Assembly: GCA_012862495.1 (NCBI GenBank)
Contig: BLSG01000325.1
Span: forward strand, 111,614 to 157,951
Origin: Thraustochytrium aureum
Lineage: Eukaryota
Direction: 5' to 3'
DNA: 46,338 bases
Shown here piece by piece: positions 1 through 9,846 of the stretch. The stretch's first letter is position 1; each line of letters starts with the position of its first letter. A program made the translations under genes and the position numbers. The notes beneath the pieces were generated by a model. It saw only the letters and a list, made by a program, of their open reading frames with translations, was not told the origin of the DNA and ran no database searches.

Positions 1-2
1 AC

Positions 3-2510
3 AGGTACTTGCGCGAGTACCAACGGCAAGGCGTTGCGTGGATGTACAAGCGCCTCGCAATGGACTGCGGCTGTCTCTTGAACGACGACATGGGGCTCGG
101 AAAGACAGTGCAAATCGCTGCTCTCCTGGGCGCTCTGTACGGCAAGACCGGACGACGAAGCGACTCGGCCCAGCTGCGCGCCAAGCAACGCGCCCTTCTG
201 GCGAGGCAGCATATGCTAAACCGGCGGGACGAGGCCCAGCTAAAGCGACAGCTGGGCAGGCGGTGCGCGAACCCACCCGAGGCGAAGGCTGCTGAGGCCG
301 ACCGGGGGCGGCTGCCTGGGACTACGCTCATCCTCTGCCCGGCCTCAGTTGTGCACCAATGGGAGCAGGAACTGCTCAAGTGGGGCTGCTTTGCCGTTAG
401 CACGTTTCTGCACAGCGCGCATCGCAGCGTTGACAAGGTGGCGGCGGACTGCGAGCTGGGCCTGAACGAGGTCCTCCTGGCCACGTACGACATGTACCAG
501 CGCAACGCGGAGGGGTTTCGGCGCGTCAAGTGGGAATGCTGCATCATGGACGAAATGCACGTCTTAAGAAATCACAAGGGCAAGGCGCACGCTGCCGTCG
601 CAGCAGTGGCGACGCCACGGCGAATCGGCCTCACTGGGACTGCCGTTCAGAATGACCTGGACGAGCTGTTCACGCTCACCAAGCTGGTTCGCCCCTCATG
701 GCTGGGCGACCGGAGGGCCTTTCGCAAGTTTTACGGCAAGCCCATCAAAGCGGGCCACAACAGCAAAAACCAACAGAACGAGCGCATCATGACGCGCGCC
801 AGGGCCCGCGGCAAGGCTCTTCGCGCGCTGCTGCGCAAGATCGTACTGCGGCGCGACAAGCGGCTCGTGCAGCACGAGATGCCGCGAAAGTTCGACAAGG
901 TGGTCTTTACACCCATGACGGCAGTACAGACTGCGGCCTATCGCAGGGTCCTCGCCCTGCCCGAGGCCGAGGCCCTTCGCTGCAAGGACGAGCCGTGCCT
1001 CTGCGGCGTCGCAGGGCGAACCATGGGTCGCTGCTGCCGCCGCCAGGTTGATGGGGACCTCTGGCGCTACTACCACTATGGGAACCAGGAGCAAGGCTGT
1101 GACAAATGCCCCAGCTGCATGTCGTTCCCGCTGACAGCTCTCCTCCAAAAAGGTGGCCAACCACCCGCGGCTGCTGCTTGACCTCAGCAAGCGCGGCCGG
1201 ACCGCGGCACCCGGCCGGCACGCGCTCGGCAGGCGCTGGCGTCGCAAGAGACCGAGCTGCTTGGTACCGGCGGGACCGAGAGCGGCGAGGGCGAGTTGCT
1301 CGGAACGCATCGGAGCACCAGCTCGTGGCGAGCGAGCGGCAGCTACGGCATCGCCGACGTTGAGGAGGACGAGGACAGTGAGGGCGGATGGCAGGAACAA
1401 GACGAGGGAGAGCTGGAGGTCGGCGCAGGCGGCGGTCGCGCTGCGCTTGTGCGCCGTCTCATTTCGCGTATCATGGGCGAGGACGAGTCGGTGGTCTTTT
1501 CAGAGGCTTTCGAGACGGTCAGCGACGAGCGATACAGTGGAAAGGTGGCCGCTCTAGGCGAGCTCCTGGATCGGTGGGCAATAGAGCCCAACAACAAGGT
1601 TCTCGTGTTCAGCCAGTTCACGCGCACGCTCGACGTGCTCGAGGCGTACCTGAAGCGTCGCGCGATGCACTGCGCGCGATACGACGGGTCGATGGGCGGC
1701 GTCAAGCGCAAGCGCGCCCTCGAGCGATTTGCGAGTGACCCGCTGGTCTCTGTTTTGCTCATCAGCACTCGCGCCGGTGGAGTGGGACTCAACCTGACAA
1801 TGGCCAGCAAGGTGGTGATCTTTGATCCGATGTGGAACGTCGCGCTGGACTTGCAAGCGCAGGACCGAGCGTACCGGCTCGGGCAGCAGCGCGATGTGAC
1901 CGTGTACCGTATGTTCGCCAAGCATACCATTGAAGAGCAGATCTACCACAGGCAAAACCTCAAGCAGTTGCTCAGCTCGGAGGTGCAGAGCAGCGCGACG
2001 GCGGTGGGAACGACCGCCCCTGCGCCAGACTATGACAAGATGTTTGGCATCAAAAACCTGCTCACCTGGGGCGCCGACCTGTCCTTCGGAAAGGCGCCGC
2101 GCGCCCTCGAGGCCCGACCCGAAGCGGTCACTGTGCTGGACGTCGTGGAAACGGCGCTCGGCAACGCGTCGGAGGCTGATTTGCTCGCTATGAGCGTGTT
2201 TGATCTCACCGGGGCGGCGGACGACAGCGACGCGGACGAGCTCGCTGGTTGTACGGACGACGAGGAAGAGGCTGAGGACGAGGACGAGGAGGAGCACGGC
2301 AGGCCTGAGGTCCAGTCTCCAACCCAAGCGTTGTCACAAGCGAGCGAGGCAGACGCGTCGCGCGGCACCAGAGGCGCTGCAATGGCGGCGCTCGACAAGC
2401 ACCTTGGCTCCCGCGATGGCGCGACGGCTCTTGGCAGTGGCCTGGCAAGGCCGTCGTCGTTCCAGCGACGATTCGTGAAGCGTGCTCGGTTCAACTCTGA
2501 CGACAGTTAG
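3..2510 (+). CDS. ERCC6L2: SNF2-family helicase, ERCC6L2/RAD26L-like; 5'-truncated; two compensating frameshifts (~1147-1151 and ~1195)
   Basis: Motifs LREYQRQGV, DDMGLGKT (I), DEMH (II), LTGTAVQN (III), LRRDK, LQK/VANHP (split by an extra A), KVLVFSQ, STRAGGVGLNL and QAQDRAYRLGQ. The Cys-rich insert (CLCG..CC..CDKCPSC) resembles the ERCC6L2 subfamily. ORFs 9..1181 and 1296..2510 share a frame, and the conserved VANHP lies in the +1 frame. Confidence 0.85.
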
Positions 2511-4432
2511 GGTCCTCCTTGCCCACCCAGCACGGGGGACATGGGACCTTGTGCAAACAAGGGCTGGGTCGTGGCCACGCGCCCTGAACTGCACCGATAA
2601 GCGCAAACAGAGGATGCAAGATGCAAGTTTCGCGGGGGTCGGCCTGGGCACCGAGAACGACGCTCGTGCTCTTTTCCCCCTTCCCGCGCATGCTCCCCGC
2701 GCATGCTACTAGGAGCTCGGTAGCTGGCTCGAGCTCGAGTGAACGCGAAAAGATCCAACGCGCAAGNNNNNNNNNNNNNNNNNNNNNNNNNNNNNNNNNN
2801 NNNNNNNNNNNNNNNNNNNNNNNNNNNNNNNNNNNNNNNNNNNNNNNNNNNNNNNNNNNNNNNNNNNNNNNNNNNNNNNNNNNNNNNNNNNNNNNNNNNN
2901 NNNNNNNNNNNNNNNNNNNNNNNNNNNNNNNNNNNNNNNNNNNNNNNNNNNNNNNNNNNNNNNNNNNNNNNNNNNNNNNNNNNNNNNNNNNNNNNNNNNN
3001 NNNNNNNNNNNNNNNNNNNNNNNNNNNNNNNNNNNNNNNNNNNNNNNNNNNNNNNNNNNNNNNNNNNNNNNNNNNNNNNNNNNNNNNNNNNNNNNNNNNN
3101 NNNNNNNNNNNNNNNNNNNNNNNNNNNNNNNNNNNNNNNNNNNNNNNNNNNNNNNNNNNNNNNNNNNNNNNNNNNNNNNNNNNNNNNNNNNNNNNNNNNN
3201 NNNNNNNNNNNNNNNNNNNNNNNNNNNNNNNNNNNNNNNNNNNNNNNNNNNNNNNNNNNNNNNNNNNNNNNNNNNNNNNNNNNNNNNNNNNNNNNNNNNN
3301 NNNNNNNNNNNNNNNNNNNNNNNNNNNNNNNNNNNNNNNNNNNNNNNNNNNNNNNNNNNNNNNNNNNNNNNNNNNNNNNNNNNNNNNNNNNNNNNNNNNN
3401 NNNNNNNNNNNNNNNNNNNNNNNNNNNNNNNNNNNNNNNNNNNNNNNNNNNNNNNNNNNNNNNNNNNNNNNNNNNNNNNNNNNNNNNNNNNNNNNNNNNN
3501 NNNNNNNNNNNNNNNNNNNNNNNNNNNNNNNNNNNNNNNNNNNNNNNNNNNNNNNNNNNNNNNNNNNNNNNNNNNNNNNNNNNNNNNNNNNNNNNNNNNN
3601 NNNNNNNNNNNNNNNNNNNNNNNNNNNNNNNNNNNNNNNNNNNNNNNNNNNNNNNNNNNNNNNNNNNNNNNNNNNNNATCTCGCATGCATTCCCACGACT
3701 CGGACTCGGAGCAGCGCAAGTGTAAGTTCGAGTTTGCTTTGTTCTCCTTGCCAGTGGATTTGGGCTTTCATTCATTCCACGCCGTTTCTCTCGGGGCGCC
3801 ACGAGTGCACACCCTCAGAGCCTCCAGCGCCCCACTATACCGCTCTGGCGAGCTCGAGAGGAGATGACAAGAGGGAAGGAGGAGGCAAGGCACTCGTTTT
3901 CGACCGGTTTTCGATGTGGTTGCAGAGTAATTCCGCACGCGCAGCCGCCGAGGATTCGCGGGCCCGGCGATGAAGGTACCTACTCTTTCAGTAGTCTGAT
4001 GCCAGCAGAATCACTTGTGGTCGCACCCGGGCAAAAGCAAGCCGTCCATCGCGGCTCGCCCTCGCAGAGGCACCAGCGGCGCCCTGCCGCAAGCCGTGAA
4101 GTGGCTCGAGAGTCCAGCCCGCCTTCGGCGCGCGCGCTCTCGCGGAGGCCTGAACGCTACCGCCCACCACAACCCCCCACCCGAGCACGAGCAACGGCAA
4201 GACACCCAACGCGCGCAGCACCTGGGCCGAAGTAGTGACCAAACCGCCCAGCTCGCGCTCACGCAGAACGCCAGTTCGGGACGGGGAGCCCCGGCGAGCA
4301 CCCGACAGGCGTCGTGGAGCCGCCGCGCCTGCGCGAGCCCGTCTGAACATTACCAGTTGAACATTCACTCGGCGACCGTCAGTGCCCCAAGGACCGAGGG
4401 AGCCAGATCGCAGTGCAACAGTCGAGCAAACC

Positions 4433-5903
4433 ATGGTGCATTGCGCGTTCGACGAGGCGTGCCTGGCCGACAAGTACCAGCGAAACAACAAGGACTCTGG
4501 CCAGAAGAACTTGCGGTGCTTTCCGCAGTGCGATCCGCGCGGCCACATCAAGTATGGGTTTTGCGGCCAGGCCGTGGAAATGAAAATAACTGGGGCGCAC
4601 AACCCCGCCGCATTGCACGCGTGGGCCGAATTCTGTCTGGCGGAGAGCAAGCCAACCATCAACGCGGGCGACGTCTGGGACTTGAGCGAGATCCAGGGTA
4701 AGCTGGAGCGGACACGGAAAAAACCCTCCAAGGACTGGATCAAGGGCCACGTCTGCGATGGGAATCACATCAAGTTCAACAAGGACCGCCTCGGGTGGCA
4801 CTACTCGTGGGTGAGCAACGTCCACACGTGCGACTCGCTGCACGTGTTGCGCGCCTACGTTTTCGAGGAGATCGCCGGCAGCCCTGGCACCCTCCGCTGC
4901 CTCACCGCGCACGACTCGAGCCCTTTCCGCATCTATTGCAGCCGCCGCCGCCAGCGCAACAACGCTGCCGCAAAAGCAGCAGCTGCTGCCGCCGCCGCCG
5001 CTTCCGCTGCCCAGTCAAACTCGCACGCGGTGCGCCAAGTCCCGCACCCGATCAAGACAGAGATGCTCTGCAGCGCGGGCCCGCACGCGCTCTCGACGCA
5101 CTTTGATTTTGACATCGCCACGCCAACCTGCAACAAGCTACAAAACGCGCTCTCGCAAGGCGCCAACCTTAGCCCGAAGAAGCGCAAGTTCCACGACCTG
5201 GAGGCCGCTCTGGAGCAGCGCCAGGTCTTCCCGCACGTACATGCGAACTCGCACCCGGCACTGATGAAGAAGCACAAGTCGGAGCCGGCGTGCTTCACGC
5301 CGCCCGCAGCACCCTCTTCGGACGCCGCCGCTGCGAAATTGCACCACCTCAAGCACCTGCTGGGACTTGGTCACACTTCCCCGGCGGTGATAGCGTCCCT
5401 GCTCACAGGCCTGACAACGGCTCGAGCGGCAGCGCCACGGCCTGCCCGCTCGCAGCCCCGTGTCAAACCCCGAGGGCGTCGCTGGAGGTGATTTGCAGAG
5501 CCTCTTTCAGATGGCTCTCGCGGCTTCGGCGGGGCACTCGCACATGCCCCGATTCGGGACTGCGAGCGCGGGTATGGCTCTGCCCCAGCACCAGCTGCAG
5601 TCCTTGTTTCCCTTTGGCAGCAATGCGTCGAGCGCCTCCGAGCTGGCCATGCTCGTCAACCACCAAGTTCTACTGAACAAGCTTGCGGGAATCCCTGGGG
5701 CGCCCGCCTCCTCGCCGTTTTTCGCCAGCACGCCGACGCACAGTCCTGCGCAAAGCCCCAGCGGGAGCCCTCTCGGCAGCCCGCTCCCGAGTCGCGGCCC
5801 GAGCCCGTTCGGCATTCACGCCAAGCACAGCGACTGCGGGAACGACGAGAACAGCGACGGGAGCAACGTGAGCGCCAGCCGCCTTCTGGGCCTCAACTAT
5901 TGA
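4433..5903 (+). CDS. Putative transcription factor: uncharacterised Cys/His-containing N-terminal domain plus low-complexity tail; frameshift(s) ~5360-5460
   Basis: Globular ~175-aa domain (YQRNNK..KNLRCFPQC..H..FCG; GWHYSW; HVLRAYVF; SSPFRIYCSRRR), then poly-Ala, an NLS-like PKKRK and a Ser/Pro/His-rich tail continuing in ORF 5460..5903. Confidence 0.65.
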
Positions 5904-6600
5904 GCTTTGCAACGGGCGACGCAGCGACGAGCCACGCACTGACAAATACTTTTTGCGCTGCAGGCCCCCTTTATTGACCATACAGGAGGAGCTCAGCAGT
6001 GCCGAGCGGGCGGGCGCGCAAGCCCCCCCGCCTTCGTTGACTACTAATGATTCGTGATGAACCCAAACTCTGACCAACGATTTTCTCTTTATTGCTTGTC
6101 GCGGCGCCAGAATGGGTTCGGCTCTCTCGCAGGCCGCAATGCGCTCCTCGATCTGTACGTGTGCCACTACAGCCTTCCTTGGCGCGAGCTCGACCCGCTT
6201 TCGATACAGTGCGCGACGTCCGAGTTCAATTGATCTCTTGGCGCGGCGGTGAGGACGGGGCGTCCAGCATGCGTCCAGCGGGCCTGGAGGCAACGCGTGA
6301 AGCGACAAGCTCCATCGGCGAGCACAACGCAAACGAAAACAAGTCAAGGGGCCCTGAGGCTCGCAACGCGCAAACGAGCAGCATGCGCGCTCTCGAGGCC
6401 AAAGCTCCTGCGCATCCATGCGACGGCGCGCCCAACGGCTCTACGACGTGTGTCCTGGTTTCCCTCCTTACCCCGCGCCGTTGTGCGCGTGTTTCCTCTT
6501 TCGCGGCAGTTTCCAGACTGTTCCGATGGAATTTTTGCAAGAACGACGGAATCGCAGAGCCGGATTTCTCGATGCTTGGGACGGGCCAGTTCAGATCCAT

Positions 6601-6634
6601 CCAGCCAGCCAGCCAGCAAAAGCCAGCCAGCCAG
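6601..6634. repeat. (CCAG)n microsatellite, interrupted
   Basis: ccagccagccagccagcaaaagccagccagccag. Confidence 0.7.
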
Positions 6635-7027
6635 ACGAGTGCGGCGACTGGACAGCGAGCGCGGCGGCCATCCGAGCCTGCGCGCTCAGGGTGCTGCTGG
6701 GTTCGTTAGGTCGTACTTGCTCTTCTACTCGACGTTCCCGGTTCGAGCGCTAACGCTGGACCGCATGCAGATCACCGGACCGAATTCCGAGGCGGAACAG
6801 GGAGTGACCAATTGGTCAGCGACGCTCAGGCTCTCGGGAAAGAGCGCTCAGCACACCGCTCGCGAATTCTGGTTGCGGCTCGGCGAGCCTCGACGCGCAC
6901 CGCAGTTTTGATCACCCAAGGCAGTTTCCCATTCGCCGAGCCCTCCACCTGCCGCGTCCGTGCAACCCGAGTTCGTTCTTGAGCGGCGCCAGAGAAACCC
7001 GCGAGGCCGCTTGCGTCCGGCTCGGCA

Positions 7028-7927
7028 TGGTCGACTACTCGAAGTGGGACAAGCTCGAGGCGGGCAGCAGCGATGACGAGGCCGACGCCGCGAGATGTAG
7101 GCTGCCTGTGGTGACCAAGCTCGACAAGCCAACACGCGTGGTGATCCCCGCACGTGGAATCCTGCCGACGGAGGAAGCGAGCACGAGCACGAGCAGCAGC
7201 GACGACGTGGTGAGCGAGCCAGCGAGCGAACCGGTCAGCGAGCCCTGCGCCGACCGCGCCGACAGACAGCCAGACGTGGTCAAGCCTGCCATCCTGCCTT
7301 GCGAGGACAGCGACGACCTCGAGGTGGCCCGTGGCGCGCGAGAAGACGGCTTCCTCTGGAGCCAGAGCACCGCGAGCGTCGTGCTTAGGGTCCCAATACC
7401 GGCTCCAGTGCGCGCCAAAGACGTTAAAGGTGCAACTCAACCGAGATGGCCGACTCGTCGTTACTGTCAGCTCCCACACCGTCCTGGATCGAGAGCTCTG
7501 GCACGACGTTTGGGGCGCAGTCCGCAAAAATGTCAAAGAGCTCGGCATGCACGCCGACGCTGAAGAGGAGCGCGAGCTGCATTGGGAGCTTGTCGACTTG
7601 CCAGGCCGGTTCCACCGCCAGTCTGCTCGCGACATCGAACGATGGGGTGAAAACGCGAGTCTCACGCGCTGCGTCTGCATCGAGCTCACCAAGTTTGTAC
7701 CAGCGCTAATGCGGACAATCTGGTGGGAGCGCGCGTTCGCCGGGGGCGAGGAGCACTCGGTGGACACTGCGCAGTTTAGCCGTTCTGCACCATTTCGCCG
7801 CGCCTTCCACGACGCGCAGCGCGAGTTCCGGGCCAAGATCCTTGCCCAGTCGGCTGGCCAGCGCAAGGCGAATCTGGAGCTCAATGAGGCGAATCTGGGA
7901 CTTGAGCACGGTGGACCTGGACCTTAA
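7028..7927 (+). CDS. CS/p23-like (NudC-type) domain co-chaperone; +1 frameshift at 7426-7428
   Basis: N-terminal MVDYSKWDKLE motif. CS-domain signature FLWSQSTASVVLRVPIP..AKDVK/VQL..LVV and later IELTK...WWERAF. Joins ORFs 6979..7563 and 7331..7927 by removing one A. Confidence 0.7.
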
Positions 7928-8103
7928 GGCGATCAAGGCGCCGCCGGGCGCCTTTCCTTTTCCTTTTTAAAATTAAATTTTATGCTGTCTTTTTAATGCG
8001 GCTTTCCTGCCGTACTCGAGTCCTTCTCTCCGCCGGAGCTCGCAAGGAAGAGCACAGCAGAGGGCCGCGCGTGCTATTTCCAACCGAAAGAACGAACCGG
8101 CGA

Positions 8104-9329
8104 TCAAGTGCGCAGACGTCCGAACTCCGCTCGCACGGCGTCCGTGTGCTCGCCGAGCTTTGGCACGGCCCCAAACTCAAGCGGACCCGGCACCACCGCA
8201 GGCGCTGGCACCTCGATGCGGTCGCCACGCTCTGTCTCGTAGCTGACCGTGCTAAGCTGAGGGTGGTCGACAAGGCCTTGGACGGAGCTGAGCTCGCCAA
8301 AAGCGATCCCGGCGCCCTTCAACTTGGCCACGAGCGTCTCGCCATCGATGGCGCCGAAACAGCCTTGCACGGCTGCGTCCAAGGCCGCGCGGTTTGCAAC
8401 TCGCTGCGTGGCTGTAGAGAAGCGTTCATCCACCGCCATCGCGGAATCTCCGAGAACATCACAACAGAGCTGCGCCCATTCGCGCTCGTTTTGGATCGAG
8501 ATCAGCACCGTCCGGCCATCAGACGAGGCGAAAGCACCGTACGGCGCGATCGAGGGATGACTTAGGCCCAGCCGAGGAGGCGGCTCGCCAGTGTACCGCT
8601 GCTGGATATACGGCACGTTCATGATCTCCGCAATCGACCCGAAGAGGGAAACCTGGTAGCCTGTTCCCTTGCCCGTGCGCTCTCTCTGGTACAAGCCCTG
8701 CAGGATCGCCGCGTAGCCGTTCATTCCGCACGTGATGTCGCAGATGCTCACCCCGACGCGGCCTGGAGCGTCCGGCGACCCGGTCACCGTGCACAGCGCC
8801 GCCTCTGCCGCAACCAGCATGTCGTACGCCTTGTAGTCAGCGCGAGGGCCGTGCTCGCCGTACCCAGATATGTCCAGGGTGATCAGGCGGTCGTTCAACG
8901 CGCGCAAGGCCTCGGACCCCAAGCCGGCCCGCGCTGCGGCGCCCGGGGCGAGGTTTTGCACAAAGACGTCGACGTGCCGGTCCGCGACGAGCCCCAGCAA
9001 GAAGTCGCGGTCCTGCTCTCGTTTGATGTCCATCGCGAGCGACTCTTTGCCTCGATTCAGCCACGCAAAGTAGCTGCTCGCCCCCAGAGCGTTGGCGTCA
9101 TACTTGCGNNNNNNNNNNNNNNNNNNNNNNNNNNNNNNNNNNNNNNNNNNNNNNNNNNNNNNNNNNNNNNNNNNNNNNNNNNNNNNNNNNNNNNNNNNNN
9201 NNNNNNNNNNNNNNNNNNNNNNNNNNNNTGATCCGCGAGCTTGCTCGTGCACAGCGGCGCCGCCACGGCCTGCTCCAGCGCGAGCACCGTCACGCCCTCC
9301 AGCACGCCGCCCGCGCGTCGCCGTGCCAT
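8104..9329 (-). CDS. Family III (CaiB/BaiF) CoA-transferase; spans N-gap 9109-9228
   Basis: LEGVTVLALEQAVAAP, FAWLNRGKESLAMDIK, DVFVQNLAPGAA, ISGYG, catalytic-Asp region VGVSICDITCG, HPSIAPYGAF, PKLGEHTDAV. Confidence 0.92.
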
Positions 9330-9491
9330 CGGCACGTCAGTCCACGCGCCGGCCCCGCCCGCGCCACACCCTCACCAGCAACCGTCGCCCGCCGCGACCG
9401 TGGAGCCCACAACCGCGCCGACCGCGCCACGGCCAACGACCACTGCCCGCCCGAGCAGACCTGTTCCGCGAGCGCTCCCAGAGCCTCCCGA

Positions 9492-9742
9492 GCAGGCCAT
9501 CCCGGCGCAGGCCATCCCGAGCAGTCCCAGCCCGTCTCGAGCAGGCCAACTCGAGGAGGCCGTCCCGACCAGACCGGCCCGAGCAGTCCCGGGACGCTCC
9601 GTGCGGTCGGTCCCCGCGCAGGCCATCGCGCGCAGGCCATCCCGCGCAGGCCATCCCAGGCAGAGCGTCCCGTGCAGGCCATCCCGCGCAGGCCATCCCG
9701 TGCAGGCCATCCCAGGCAGAGCGTCCCGCGCAGGCGGCCGAG
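9492..9742. repeat. 14-bp minisatellite (consensus GCAGGCCATCCCGC), about 17 degenerate units, with a 56-bp higher-order duplication
   Basis: Units in exact 14-bp register at 9618, 9632, 9646, 9660, 9674, 9688, 9702, 9716 and 9730; more degenerate 14-20 bp units from 9492. Confidence 0.9.
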
Positions 9743-9846
9743 AAGGCCGAGAGAGCGCGCGAGGGTGGGCCGTTGGCGTCGCGCACGGTCAACGGCTGCT
9801 GCGGCTGGTGGTGGCGGCCGCGGCGGGGTAGCGCGAGGTGCTCGCG

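Noticed and set aside
1152..1158. AAG|GT at frameshift sites 1152 and 7429 as tiny-intron donors
   Set aside because: The bases immediately downstream encode conserved residues (VANHP; VQL strand of the CS domain), so they cannot be spliced out.
696..2494. Numerous long antisense and alternative-frame ORFs throughout the window
   Set aside because: Expected shadow ORFs in high-GC coding DNA; Arg/Ala/Pro-rich with no motifs.
2491..3973. Long ORFs spanning N-gaps here and elsewhere
   Set aside because: Their length comes from X residues; the flanking translations show no protein-like signal.
5904..7027. ORFs of 100-250 aa in the intergenic region between the TF and CS genes
   Set aside because: No motifs or coding-like composition; more likely UTR and promoter sequence.
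9492..9742. Repeat array as CRISPR or telomeric repeat
   Set aside because: Units are contiguous without unique spacers, there are no cas genes, the context is eukaryotic, and the unit is unlike telomeric motifs.
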